Virus record (IMG/VR): IMGVR_UViG_3300028591_000084
Length of the DNA: 64,000 nucleotides
Origin: a virus
Lineage: Duplodnaviria > Caudoviricetes
Strand: one strand, 5' to 3'
In this document: in pieces, positions 19,416-29,980 of the stretch
Layout: each line of letters opens with the position of its first letter
Position numbering within the stretch: the first letter of the stretch is position 1
Position numbers and translations under genes: made by a program
Notes under the pieces: model-generated
Seen by the model: only the letters and a program-made list of their open reading frames with translations
Database searches by the model: none
What the model was told of the DNA's origin: nothing

Positions 19416-20150
19416 CTAATTGCTTAATTGGAAAAGTTCATTAATACCTAAACACCTATAATTAGTTTCTCCACTATGACCGCAATAAGAATGATGATAA
19501 TGACCATAGAACCACCAAGAAGATCTAACCTCTCTTAATACAAAATCTAAGTAGTTTCTATCATCAAGTATTTTCTTATACGTCTCATACTGAACTTGCG
19601 ATCCTCTAATAAGTGGTGGATCAAAAGATAACGGGGCTTCATGAGATATAATAATATCTACTTTAATTGGAAGATCTGATGTCTTCTTTAAAATCTCTTC
19701 ATCAGGCCACCAAATTCTTTTACTTGACCCTAAAGAGATTAAGTAGTTATTATATTCTCTTCTACTTCTCCCCTTAATAGCATCAGGAAAATCTATATCA
19801 ACACTAACACCACCACCTATTGGATAAATCTTTTTTCCACAGATCTCAACAACTTCATGATCTTTCAAAAGTTTAAGTCGATCATAAGTATGAGTTCCAT
19901 CAAAATAAGCTGGGTCATCATGGTTCCCTCTAATAGCATAGATATTAAGATTATTCTCTTCTAAGGTTTTCTTTATCTTATCATACAAAACATCAAGACT
20001 ATTAGGGCCACCAAATCCTACACCAAAGTCCCCACAAATAATAATATCAGACTCCGATATCTTATTACGGGCCTTTAAAATCACATTTACTAAGTAATTC
20101 AATTCACCATGAATATCACCACAAAATAATAAACCTCTAATATTATCCAT
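19416..20150 (-). CDS. calcineurin-like metallophosphoesterase
   Basis: GDIHG, CGDFG, RGNHD, ISHEAP, GHYH. Confidence 0.9.
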   Translation of the reverse strand: MDNIRGLLFCGDIHGELNYLVNVILKARNKISESDIIICGDFGVGFGGPNSLDVLYDKIKKTLEENNLNIYAIRGNHDDPAYFDGTHTYDRLKLLKDHEVVEICGKKIYPIGGGVSVDIDFPDAIKGRSRREYNNYLISLGSSKRIWWPDEEILKKTSDLPIKVDIIISHEAPLSFDPPLIRGSQVQYETYKKILDDRNYLDFVLREVRSSWWFYGHYHHSYCGHSGETNYRCLGINELFQLSN

Positions 20151-20220
20151 ATATAGGTAAGGAATTTACCTGAGAATTCCAGCAAAATCCTTATTATTGA
20201 CATTAAACAAATTAAATTTT

Positions 20221-20901
20221 ATGGGATTTAGAGATTTTTATAAAGCAGAACATCCTTATGGTATGTCTGCTCTTGATGATTATGCGAAGAAGAGTGTGAT
20301 TACTCCTTATATCACAAGAGAGAGTAAAGATCGCATGGTTCAAGTTGATGTATTTTCTGAGCTGATGGATAATAGAATTATGTTTCTCGGAGATGAGATT
20401 AATTCAGATGTTTGTTGTATTGCCCTCAGTCAGCTTGTATATCTTCACGCAGTAAATCCAACCGCCCCAATAACAGTTTATATCATGAGCCCTGGGGGTG
20501 AAGTATACTCAGGGATGGCACTTTATGATACTATGGAGCTTATTAAAAAAGATTGTGTAATTAATACAACTTGCCTTGGGCTGGCCGCTAGTATGGGCAG
20601 TATATTAATGCAAGGAGGTACACGAGGATATAGAAGCGCATTACCACATAGCAGAATTATGGTTCACTCTGCTAGTACCGGGGCAGAACGCATAACTTAT
20701 CCTGACCTTAGAATTATGGCAGATGAAACAGAACAGCTGAATAACGAATTGCTTAGAATTCTTAGTGAATCTAGTGGTAAACCTTTTGAGGAAGTAGAGA
20801 AAGATTGTCAAAGGGATTGCTGGGTTAGGGCAGATGATGCGCTACCTGGAAAATATGGAGAATTTGGATTGATAGATAAAATTATAGATAAATTAAATTG
20901 A
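20221..20901 (+). CDS. clpP: ATP-dependent Clp protease proteolytic subunit
   Basis: DVFSELMDNRIMFLG, YIMSPGG, GLAASMGS (Ser), RIMVH (His), RD (Asp), GLIDKI; ATG at 20221 preferred over TTG at 20197. Confidence 0.93.
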   Translation: MGFRDFYKAEHPYGMSALDDYAKKSVITPYITRESKDRMVQVDVFSELMDNRIMFLGDEINSDVCCIALSQLVYLHAVNPTAPITVYIMSPGGEVYSGMALYDTMELIKKDCVINTTCLGLAASMGSILMQGGTRGYRSALPHSRIMVHSASTGAERITYPDLRIMADETEQLNNELLRILSESSGKPFEEVEKDCQRDCWVRADDALPGKYGEFGLIDKIIDKLN

Positions 20902-21025
20902 TTTTACATTTGTTTTAGCTTTACTTATTGTGAGGAAAGTAGTGGTCTGTGAAGATCGCTACTTTTCATTTTTAACCGGACTCTGTATTAGGGTCTTTGA
21001 GTTTCTAGTGGGACGAAAGTTCGGC

Positions 21026-21535
21026 GCGGAATCTTTGGTTTTGTAATCTCGGGAAAAATAAACAAACCTGACTTGCTTAAAGGCAGGAGTTAGGAGCGTT
21101 TCCCCGAAGACATAACTCTGGAATGAAACGACTGATTAAAGGAGTGAAATGAAGGATTAAATTAAAAGTTGAGACGGGAGCCCTAATTCTAAAAGAATTA
21201 GCCCTCCACACCACCCGTCTCACTCAATTGGCGCTATCGCTCCAACTGAGGTAAATTATATCAATAAAATCTCTATATTTCCAAAGGAAATTTGGTGTGG
21301 TGGGCTATTCTATACTTGGCGAATCTTATGATGACATGGCGCACTTTAGGGCGACAGGGCAGAATAAGACAATGAGATAGTATAGAATAGGGCTTGTTTT
21401 TAAAGATTTTATATTAAAATTAGTAAAATTAAAATTTGTCATTTTTTTAAAATTTATGTAGTATATAAGGGATAACGGAAAAATTATCTCAAAAATGACA
21501 AAAAATACTGATAAATTCAACCTAAATCCTGACAT
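21026..21535. other. structured intergenic region, candidate replication origin or ncRNA
   Basis: Several long hairpins (TGAGACGGG/CCCGTCTCA, CTATTCTATACT/AGTATAGAATAG), AT-rich tract at about 21395-21460, inverted TTTGTCATTTT/AAAATGACAAA, near the coding-strand switch. Confidence 0.45.
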
Positions 21536-21583
21536 GTGGGAAATACTCCCAACTGCAGAAATTTTAAGCTAAATTTATATAGT

Positions 21584-23653
21584 ATGAAAAAAGAGAGAAT
21601 CATTGTACCAGAAGGAATTAGGTACTTAAGTGATTGGGAAGATTATAAGTTAAGTAATTTTTCATTTCCACACATTCTTAACAAGGTTCTAACAGGGTGT
21701 GGATTTACTGAATACTGCCTAACTAATAATCAACCCCTAGTGTTAGGATCTCCAAGAAGATTTTTATTAGAAAACAAAGAAGATCAACATCCAGGTGAGG
21801 TTTACTATGCTAGAAACGACTTTGAAGAGGTTGTTGATTATGAGCTAGATCTTTCTGTTGATGATCTTAGAGCTTGTAATAAAATTGAAAGAGCTCAAAA
21901 TCTTGAGTTATTCAAAAAAAGAGCAGAAGATTTTAAGGATAATCTTAATAATTATCTGAACAATTGCTTGATAACAGGTAAAATTCCAAAAATTCTCGTT
22001 ACCTATGACTCCTTTAAACTGGTAAAGGAAGTATTAAAGGATCGAGGCTTTCTATATGATTTTCAAGTAGTTATCGATGAATTTCAGTCAATTTTTATCG
22101 ATTCCAGATTTAAAGCAGGTACAGAATTAGAGTTACTCTATCATCTTCAGGATCTTCAAAAAATTTGTTTTGTATCTGCTACTCCAATGTTGGATGTATA
22201 TTTGGAGAAGCTTGATGAATTTAAAGATCTGCCATATTTCGAATTAGATTGGAAAACTGCTGATCCTGGCAGGGTAATTAATCCGATGCTGAATGTCAAA
22301 TTTGTTAGATCCTTGAATGAAGAGGCAGAGTCAGTTGTTCAGTCCTATCTTAAAGGTAAATTTGATACAAGATTAGATGCTAAAACCGGCGGATTTATAG
22401 AATCAACAGAGGCAGTTATCTTTATGAATTCTGTATCAGCTGTTTGCCAGGTTATACGAACAAATTTTCTTCACATTGATCAGTGTAATGTCTTATGTGC
22501 TAAGACTGCCGAGAATGAGAAAAAAGTGAGAGCAGCATTTAATCAAGTCTTAAAGAAGGAGCATAAGAATGAGTATAATATCCCAAGGGTTCCATCAAAA
22601 ATGCCTGTAATAGGTTCGATACCTAAGAAGGGAGAACGACACAAAATGTTTACTCTCTGCACTAGAACTGTCTATCTCGGAGCAGATTTTTATTCAACTT
22701 GTGCTAGAACTTTTATCTTTAGTGATGCTAATATTGAGTGTTTGGCAGTTGATATTAGTATGGATCTTGAACAGATTCTTGGTAGACAAAGACTTACTGA
22801 AAATTTATGGCGAGACGAGGCAAGTTTATTTGTAAGAACTATTAAGGATGATTATAAGATTCCCAGAGAGGAGTTTGATGCTTGGCTGACAGAGAAAGTT
22901 AGAAAAACAAATAGTTTATTGGAAATTTATAACGAAGTAACAGGTGGTTTAAAAAAGCACGACCTTGCAGACAAGTTCCTTGATGCTAATTTGATTAAAC
23001 ACTATAGAAAAGATTATATAGGCGTCAATAAACATGCAGGGAATGATCTCCTACCACAGTTTAATAATCTCGTCTTAGTGGCAGAACAAAGAGCATTTGA
23101 TATTCAGCAAATAGATTATGCAGATCGATTCAACGTTTTCAGTGCATTAAAGAAAGAAGATTTTCAGAGTACAAAAGAAGAGGTGATTGAGTTTGCTAGA
23201 GAATTTAACAGTATTAAAAATGTCTCTCAGAAATTGAAATGTCTTGTTGAATTTGGTGAAAAGGAGGATATTACCCCAGAAGATATCAAGAAGTTATTCA
23301 ACCTAATCCCTGGTAAGTATAAGGATTACTATACGCTCCTAGGGCCGGACAGAATAAGGGCCAATTCTTATCACGAGTCTGAACTTAAGAAAGAGTGGAT
23401 AAAGCTTCATACTGTTGATGGTACTGTTAGCCTTAAAACTAGAATTCTTGAAACTTTTGAGGTTGGCGAAAGATACTCAAAAGAAGATATTAAAGAGGCA
23501 CTGAGAGAAATTTATAAAAATTTAAATTATAACAAAACGCCAAAAGCTACGGATCTTAGTGAGTGGTATATTCTTAAGAGAGTTTATATTTCTGAGCGAA
23601 AGAAAAATGGCTTTGAGATTTTAGGTTTAAAAGAAGATGTTATACCTGATTAA
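21584..23653 (+). CDS. divergent SF2 helicase-like protein (possible origin-binding/replication initiator)
   Basis: LTGCGFT (degenerate Walker A), VIDEFQ, FVSAT, YLGADF, QILGRQR; ATG 21584 likely start. Confidence 0.6.
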   Translation: MKKERIIVPEGIRYLSDWEDYKLSNFSFPHILNKVLTGCGFTEYCLTNNQPLVLGSPRRFLLENKEDQHPGEVYYARNDFEEVVDYELDLSVDDLRACNKIERAQNLELFKKRAEDFKDNLNNYLNNCLITGKIPKILVTYDSFKLVKEVLKDRGFLYDFQVVIDEFQSIFIDSRFKAGTELELLYHLQDLQKICFVSATPMLDVYLEKLDEFKDLPYFELDWKTADPGRVINPMLNVKFVRSLNEEAESVVQSYLKGKFDTRLDAKTGGFIESTEAVIFMNSVSAVCQVIRTNFLHIDQCNVLCAKTAENEKKVRAAFNQVLKKEHKNEYNIPRVPSKMPVIGSIPKKGERHKMFTLCTRTVYLGADFYSTCARTFIFSDANIECLAVDISMDLEQILGRQRLTENLWRDEASLFVRTIKDDYKIPREEFDAWLTEKVRKTNSLLEIYNEVTGGLKKHDLADKFLDANLIKHYRKDYIGVNKHAGNDLLPQFNNLVLVAEQRAFDIQQIDYADRFNVFSALKKEDFQSTKEEVIEFAREFNSIKNVSQKLKCLVEFGEKEDITPEDIKKLFNLIPGKYKDYYTLLGPDRIRANSYHESELKKEWIKLHTVDGTVSLKTRILETFEVGERYSKEDIKEALREIYKNLNYNKTPKATDLSEWYILKRVYISERKKNGFEILGLKEDVIPD

Positions 23654-24323
23654 GGCTGCTTATTTGGATGATAATGGATTACCTAAGTCAATATTAAAAT
23701 TTGGTTACTCAGACAATTGGATTAAGCGCTACACATCATATCGTTCTTATCAGCCAGGGGTCAGGGTACTTAAGTTATATGATGGTGGTAATTTAGATGA
23801 TGAAGCAAGAGTAAAGGAATATTTGAAATTATTTTGTATTTATGGTTCAGAGTGGTTTATTGATTGTGAAGTTGTAATTGAGTTTTTCAAGTTCAATGAT
23901 ACTTTAGATAAGCTACGTGAATCAACCAAATATTCCTTACCTTTGTCTTCATTAGATCTTAATCCTCCTGATTATTTTCTGATTAATTTTGTCATCGATT
24001 CTTTTTATTCTATGGAGAGTAAAAAGTTTTGTCTTCTTCGTTCTAGACTATTTGGTGAAGAATTACGTGGTCATTCCTTTTCAGAACAGCGTGACATAAT
24101 TTTCAAGAGGTATAGTTGTAATGAGTCTGACTATAGAAATTGGTTTATGAAGAATAGCCCTAAGTCGCCTAGTAAAGAATTATTAAGTATGGTAAAGGAA
24201 ATACGCGAGGAGTCTAATGAAGTTAGGAGATTAGCGTTATTAAGGGAGTTCAAATCAAACCATAGTGAGGAAGATTATCAATCTCTCTTGTTCTATTTAC
24301 CTCGAGAATTAAAAACCCCTTAA
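23637..24323 (+). CDS. GIY-YIG/T5orf172-like nuclease-domain protein
   Basis: LYLIK...LKFGYS...KRY..Y...E......GSEWF pattern. Confidence 0.55.
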   Translation: MLYLIKAAYLDDNGLPKSILKFGYSDNWIKRYTSYRSYQPGVRVLKLYDGGNLDDEARVKEYLKLFCIYGSEWFIDCEVVIEFFKFNDTLDKLRESTKYSLPLSSLDLNPPDYFLINFVIDSFYSMESKKFCLLRSRLFGEELRGHSFSEQRDIIFKRYSCNESDYRNWFMKNSPKSPSKELLSMVKEIREESNEVRRLALLREFKSNHSEEDYQSLLFYLPRELKTP

Positions 24324-24532
24324 AACCCTTATAAATGACTAATAATAATATCCCAGATACCTCTAAGTGGTTTATTAGACTAATAGAGCTAAAGATCTCG
24401 AAGCTAAAATCTGGGCGAATCGAAGAGATAGGAAAAGGATTGCGAAAAACTTCGTCAGAGGAAAAGTAGCCCCTTAGTACTATTTCATTAGAGGAGTATA
24501 ATAAAAGTTTTTACGAACTTATATTTAAACAC

Positions 24533-25150
24533 ATGAGTAGAGTTAAAAGTATAACTGATGATATTTTATTTGTAAAAGAAAACAACAACATTGATATGAG
24601 GGACGAAAATAGCAGTGCGCGTAATAATAATAGTAGTCTGAGGGGAGATCAGAGCATTACTAGGGTGATCTCCGGTGGAAGGAGAGATGAAAAATATGTA
24701 GTGAATAATAATGAAGGAGGATTCAGGAGATTCCGTGGTTCTGATCAGAAACTTAGCGAAATAACGATTGATCCTCTAACTGCTGGTCCATATGAAGCAG
24801 ATTTGTTATTCAGACAGGAAATTTTTAGGATACTGTCTGGTGAAAACAACATTGAGAATATAGATGACTTTTATAGTCAGTTCTATAATGCGATTATGAC
24901 AAGTTTTCGTTTCAACAAGGATATTGTGTCTTTGTTGCCAACATCTACGTCAAGTTTTGTAAAGATGACTAAACGTCTTAAGATGTGGCGCAGAGTAATA
25001 AATTATATCGAAGGAGGAGCTACGACTTTGCCAAACAACAACAAGCACCGTCATATTATTGTGCCGGTGATTGAGAAGAGCAAATCAAAATTCCGGGTGG
25101 TACAACAAAGGCCCAGAAAAGTTGGCAGGGTAGTAGTAGAGGGAGACTAA
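24533..25150 (+). CDS. hypothetical protein
   Basis: 205 aa ORF followed by terminator. Confidence 0.65.
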   Translation: MSRVKSITDDILFVKENNNIDMRDENSSARNNNSSLRGDQSITRVISGGRRDEKYVVNNNEGGFRRFRGSDQKLSEITIDPLTAGPYEADLLFRQEIFRILSGENNIENIDDFYSQFYNAIMTSFRFNKDIVSLLPTSTSSFVKMTKRLKMWRRVINYIEGGATTLPNNNKHRHIIVPVIEKSKSKFRVVQQRPRKVGRVVVEGD

Positions 25151-25204
25151 CCAACTCCCTTTCTTTTTTTTCTTTTCCCAGCCCTTAGGATCCTTACTAT
25201 TGAT

Positions 25205-26629
25205 ATGGTTATACAAGAAAAGTTAATAGTATACTTATTGAAGAGTTATAAGGACAGTCTCCCTGCTCCTCCTCGGGCTTATTTTATAGGCCAGAAGGAT
25301 ACCACTCAAAGAAAACAAACTTTATTGGAAAACATGGCTAGTTTTCTTGGTATTTTAAGGGAGGATAATTGGAAGGAAGATAAGATAGTTCAGTACGTTA
25401 TTCCCAATGGTAATTTTACTGTTGAAATTTGTGCTGATGATATTAATTGGTATGGTTATAAATTTATTCCAATAACTATTTCTTCCAAGGCTTTAGAGGA
25501 GACTGTTGGTATTCCTGGTTTTAAAGTATCCAGTTATATTTTTATGAGTGATTTTCTTAATCTTCTGAATAAGGTTAAGAATATTAACAACCTAACTCTG
25601 CCTGGGACTTATTGTATTGCTGATAGCGGGAGCACAGGAAGAGTCATTCCTAGATGTCTACTTGGGCATTTCTCTAGTGTAGTATTAGAGGACAGTAAAA
25701 ATAGTTTATACAGGGCTGCCGTTAGTGCAGGCAATGCTAAGTGTGTAGATAGAATGACTAGTAAGTGGAAGCCCGGGTGTTCTTATATTACCAGAAAAGG
25801 TGAAGAATTTTTATATCTGGGTAATATTGGTGAATTCCTATCAACTCAAACTTTTGGAAACGTTAATAGTAGGTTAAGAGAGTTTTATCTAGATTTAAAC
25901 TTTGAATCTGATCCTAAAAAATTAAGATATTTTATTCCCAGGTCTTTTTGTGTTAGTGGAGGTAAGTTATTACTAAATCTAAATTCATCAACAGGGGGAG
26001 TACAAATCAGAGATCGGATTGAGAAGATTAAGGATTCTTACACTATGGATGATTTCTTGATGGCTCTTTTTGACCCTTCTCGTGATATAGAGGGTATTAA
26101 GTGTTCTGACGTTCTTATTAACTTACCCCAAAGTGTAATAACCGGTGTAAGAGAGAAGGAGTATTTTAAAGTTGATTCAGACAACTTAGATAATATTGTA
26201 AAGGCAGTAGCTAGAGATTATTTTTATGGTCATTCGGTAGATAGAGTTCCAGAATTAATATCAAGTAACTATAGATCTAATGTCTGGGTCTTACTATCTG
26301 TTCTTGGTTCAGAAATATTTAAGAATTCAGAATATAGACCTTATTTGTTGGCAGGTGATAGAGCCTCAACGATCTGGAGTATTAGGAAAGATTGTACGTA
26401 TGTGTATGCCTGTAAGGAAAAAAAGATTAGTACTACTCAGAGAGCTAAGGATTACATTAAAATTATAGAAGGTGGTAAGAGTACGGATAGTGTTACTGGT
26501 CCTTTCTCTTATCGTTATATACCACTTGCTTTGGAAGAGGTGGGCAGTGAGTTTGACTTAATGAAATATACAGCAGAAGAGCGTCAAAACCTTATAAACG
26601 ACTTAAAACAAATATTTAATGTTGTATGA
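25205..26629 (+). CDS. hypothetical protein
   Basis: 474 aa ORF; GATCCTTACTATTGAT-ATG motif. Confidence 0.75.
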   Translation: MVIQEKLIVYLLKSYKDSLPAPPRAYFIGQKDTTQRKQTLLENMASFLGILREDNWKEDKIVQYVIPNGNFTVEICADDINWYGYKFIPITISSKALEETVGIPGFKVSSYIFMSDFLNLLNKVKNINNLTLPGTYCIADSGSTGRVIPRCLLGHFSSVVLEDSKNSLYRAAVSAGNAKCVDRMTSKWKPGCSYITRKGEEFLYLGNIGEFLSTQTFGNVNSRLREFYLDLNFESDPKKLRYFIPRSFCVSGGKLLLNLNSSTGGVQIRDRIEKIKDSYTMDDFLMALFDPSRDIEGIKCSDVLINLPQSVITGVREKEYFKVDSDNLDNIVKAVARDYFYGHSVDRVPELISSNYRSNVWVLLSVLGSEIFKNSEYRPYLLAGDRASTIWSIRKDCTYVYACKEKKISTTQRAKDYIKIIEGGKSTDSVTGPFSYRYIPLALEEVGSEFDLMKYTAEERQNLINDLKQIFNVV

Positions 26630-26751
26630 AAAAGGATAAAGAAAATTCTAGTATTGTATTTTTCAAACCAGACACTAATGTAGTTATTGGAGAAATACAA
26701 CAAGAAACAAAGGTAACTCTTCCTAATTCCGTCTACTTCTCATAAAGGGGT

Positions 26752-27318
26752 ATGCTTAGTGCAGAGTATATAAGGAGTATAAAAGAAAAACTCCTTGCGT
26801 GTTGTGAGAATCCTGATGACTTGAAGAAGTTCTTGTCTCAGGAGAATATTGGAAAGGAGGATTACGATATGATTTATTCTTATTATTTTCCAGAGAATAT
26901 TGGTGATAGAGAATTACCTGGAATCATTAATAAGAGTAGAGAGCAAAGAGGTTTTCTGGAAGGATTCTTACAACCAGACTCTATTGAAATTGGGATCTTA
27001 ACCCGAGCTTATAGTACTAGACAGTATAATAGGTATATGCTTCATTTATTGAATTCTTTCATTAATCATAGTGATAAGATTCAAGTTGAAGGTGGTTACG
27101 GTCAACATCAATGTGGGGTATGTGGTAAGAATATCTTTTGTTATGACACTTGGGATTTAATATTGAAACAAAATCCTACTTGGGAAGCTGAGAGGACGAA
27201 TAGACAATATTTATCCTTTACAAGTGATTATACAAATCAGAGAATATGTATTAACTGTCTTATTCAGTTGCGAGGATTATGGGACTGGATAGAGACTTTA
27301 AAACAGGTAAAATGCTGA
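26752..27318 (+). CDS. hypothetical protein with CxxC...CxxC zinc-binding motif
   Basis: CGVC and CINC. Confidence 0.65.
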   Translation: MLSAEYIRSIKEKLLACCENPDDLKKFLSQENIGKEDYDMIYSYYFPENIGDRELPGIINKSREQRGFLEGFLQPDSIEIGILTRAYSTRQYNRYMLHLLNSFINHSDKIQVEGGYGQHQCGVCGKNIFCYDTWDLILKQNPTWEAERTNRQYLSFTSDYTNQRICINCLIQLRGLWDWIETLKQVKC

Positions 27319-27436
27319 TCAAAACCGGTCAATATCTTATTAGTAGAGAACTTAGTTTTGATTAACAGACAATTTGAATGGAGAATTAGACAAGTTCTGA
27401 TTCTCCATCTCTTTTTAACAATTTAAAAAATTTAAA

Positions 27437-28078
27437 ATGATTAAAAATTTATTTGTTTTGGTTTGCAGCTTGGCCATTATTTCTTGTGCTGGCTGTAAGG
27501 GTAATCAAGAATCGCAAGAGCAGGAAACTCAGGCCACAGCAGTTGCCCCTCTTACTGTAGAGCAGGCTATTTCTATGGACCGTGAGTTTATGTATCTTAA
27601 CCATGCTAAGGATTATCGTTGGTTTGAGACTGATCTTGTTTTGAATGATTGGTTTGATTCTGAGGGTTGTGATGGTTCTGTTGAATCTGTACTCAACGTT
27701 TTTCAGACAGTTATTCAATGCAGTGAAACTACCTACGATACCATGGTTTATAAGATTACCCACGAAAAGGGTGAGTCATTGGTTGATTCAGTTCATGGAT
27801 TCTATGTCGAAGCTGTTATTCTGAATGAGGAAGACATTAAACTGACTTATAAAGAGGCCTATGAGGTTACCACTAAGGTTAATCTCCCCAAGCCTCATTC
27901 CAAGCATTGCACTCTCTACAAACCCGTTGGCCCCGTTGATTGTAATCCCCAGTATGTGTTTGGTAATACCAAGCAACAGATTTGGGTTGATGCAGTGACA
28001 GGCGAAGCTACTGATTCAAATCCCGCATTTAAAGGTTATGAGTCTAGTTTTGGTAAGCCTCTGGGTGAGTGGCCCTAA
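27437..28078 (+). CDS. putative lipoprotein with PepSY-like C-terminus
   Basis: Lipoprotein-type signal MIKNLFVLVCSLAIISCAGC; IWVDAVTGE. Confidence 0.6.
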   Translation: MIKNLFVLVCSLAIISCAGCKGNQESQEQETQATAVAPLTVEQAISMDREFMYLNHAKDYRWFETDLVLNDWFDSEGCDGSVESVLNVFQTVIQCSETTYDTMVYKITHEKGESLVDSVHGFYVEAVILNEEDIKLTYKEAYEVTTKVNLPKPHSKHCTLYKPVGPVDCNPQYVFGNTKQQIWVDAVTGEATDSNPAFKGYESSFGKPLGEWP

Positions 28079-28129
28079 GTTTTCAGTCCCCTATCGCTAA
28101 TATCAGAGGTAGGGGATTTTAATTTTCGT

Positions 28130-28699
28130 ATGATAGATAAGATAGAGTATTTCTTTTTTCCTGACATACCTCTTCAACCTTACCCTATTTATCTGGTTAA
28201 TAAGTCGGGAAAGTTGGCTAATTTTAAGTCTATTGTGTATCCTAATTCGACGAGTGTGAAGAGATACACAAGGAAGAAACAATTAAGATACAGATCACAG
28301 CAGGCTAAGATCATGGATGCCATTATTAATATTGGCTATTTTGACCCCCTAGTTGTTTACCGAGAATTTCCAGTACCTGTTCAAAATGTGTATAGACTGC
28401 CTGATCAAAAACGGCTCTATTATATTTTGGATTACTATTTTCCTAATTTAGATCTTGCTATTGAGTTGGATTCAGATTATCACGATTCTCAAACTAAGGA
28501 TCCTGATGATCTTCGTGATAGATACTTAATGGAAGCTCATGGTATTAAAGTTCTTAGACTTAGGGATCTTCAGAAAGAGTCTGTTCAAATGAAAAATTTT
28601 AGGGAGATGGCAGTTGAAATGAAGGGCTTAACTCCTCATGTTGAAGTTCCTCTGATTTTTACTAATGACCTTTCTAAGTTGATAAAAACGCAGTCTTAG
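28130..28699 (+). CDS. DUF559/Vsr-like endonuclease
   Basis: YILDYY...LAIELDSDYH...D..RDRYL...GIKVLRL. Confidence 0.75.
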   Translation: MIDKIEYFFFPDIPLQPYPIYLVNKSGKLANFKSIVYPNSTSVKRYTRKKQLRYRSQQAKIMDAIINIGYFDPLVVYREFPVPVQNVYRLPDQKRLYYILDYYFPNLDLAIELDSDYHDSQTKDPDDLRDRYLMEAHGIKVLRLRDLQKESVQMKNFREMAVEMKGLTPHVEVPLIFTNDLSKLIKTQS

Positions 28700-28742
28700 T
28701 CCCGTTAAATCTTTATTATTAGTAAGTAAAACAAATTATAAT

Positions 28743-29342
28743 ATGGTAAAGATTATTACAGAAATTAATGTCACTGATCAGAAATTTAATATGACGGTAG
28801 AATCAGAGTCTACTTTGGTTAGTGATCATTTCTCGAGTCTTAAGGGGATGTTACTTAATGATTCTACTTCCCCTAGCGGTATAAATGTTGATCTTATTGG
28901 TAAGAACTCTGCAATTATTACTTTCCCAATTAGAGGAGGTATTATTAGAAAATCAGAAACTATGGCAGCTGTTAGTGACTCTGCTACTGAGGAGGTTAAC
29001 AAGGTAGCTAAGATTGTTTATAGATTTATTCAGGCTTACGTCAAGAGTCGTTTTAGCACGACAGAATTTCTCCCTATTCTTGATTTTAGTGGGGGTTATT
29101 CTTTTGAGGAGGCTCAGCATGATGCGCTTACTGCCGTTGAGAAGAAACGTGACATCTTAGTTATTGATACCTATGAGAGTTATAAGAAGCAGACAGAGTC
29201 AATGAGTTGTCAGTTTAATCAGTATCTTCTTAAATGGGGAACATCTGATTATGTAGATTTTGTCTTACTAATGAGACGAGGTGATCTGAAACAAATTAGA
29301 AAAACATACGGACCAAGACTTAAAAAATTTACTTGGTACTAA
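28743..29342 (+). CDS. hypothetical protein
   Basis: 199 aa ORF flanked by promoter motif and terminator. Confidence 0.7.
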   Translation: MVKIITEINVTDQKFNMTVESESTLVSDHFSSLKGMLLNDSTSPSGINVDLIGKNSAIITFPIRGGIIRKSETMAAVSDSATEEVNKVAKIVYRFIQAYVKSRFSTTEFLPILDFSGGYSFEEAQHDALTAVEKKRDILVIDTYESYKKQTESMSCQFNQYLLKWGTSDYVDFVLLMRRGDLKQIRKTYGPRLKKFTWY

Positions 29343-29398
29343 AAACAAAACAATAAGAAGAGTGATTAATCCCGCTCTTCTCTTTTTTATTCTTTACT

Positions 29399-29980
29399 AT
29401 GATACAACTCAGCGATAATGTAATTCAGTATTTTCCCGGTGAAGGTCCTGGTCCTGAGGCCGCCGGGTTCATAAAGATAGCTCTTGTTGGTTCTGATTCT
29501 TATGAGCCTAGTGGAGCTTATGATTGGCAGGGTAAATTTGCTCAAGGATTAGCTAGTATTTGTGATCCTAACTCTGGTAATGGCCTAATAATGTACAAGA
29601 ATATGAAATTTGCAGTTCTAACTTGTAAGCCTGCCAACCCGCCTATAAATCCCGTATTGGAGCTTAACAACCCCGATGCTGTTAATAAAATTTCAGCCAC
29701 AATTGATTTTTGTGAACAGGCTGATGGAATTTTTTGTAACTTCCTAAAGAAATCAGAAGCTACTTTTCCAATATTTGCTTTTGGTTATCTGGCAAATTCT
29801 GGTAAGATGGTTGTTAGATGTCCGGAAGAATATAAGAATTATCCTCTGGTTAACATGATTTGCCAGAGAAAGGGTATCCCTCTTTATCCAGGGCGACTCA
29901 CTAACGTTCTAACAATTCTTCAAGGTCTCTTAACACTTCCCAATATTTCAAAATATCAGCAATATAGTCTCCCTGAGTAG
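29399..29980 (+). CDS. nucleoside 2-deoxyribosyltransferase-like protein (divergent)
   Basis: IALVGS...DWQ...ADGIFCNF...GKMVVRCPEEY..Y..V..IC pattern. Confidence 0.5.
   Translation: MIQLSDNVIQYFPGEGPGPEAAGFIKIALVGSDSYEPSGAYDWQGKFAQGLASICDPNSGNGLIMYKNMKFAVLTCKPANPPINPVLELNNPDAVNKISATIDFCEQADGIFCNFLKKSEATFPIFAFGYLANSGKMVVRCPEEYKNYPLVNMICQRKGIPLYPGRLTNVLTILQGLLTLPNISKYQQYSLPE

Noticed and set aside
20989-21025. Diversity-generating retroelement template repeat for the 2252-2707 gene
   Set aside because: Only 37 nt with one mismatch, flanking differences are not adenine-specific, and no reverse transcriptase is in the window
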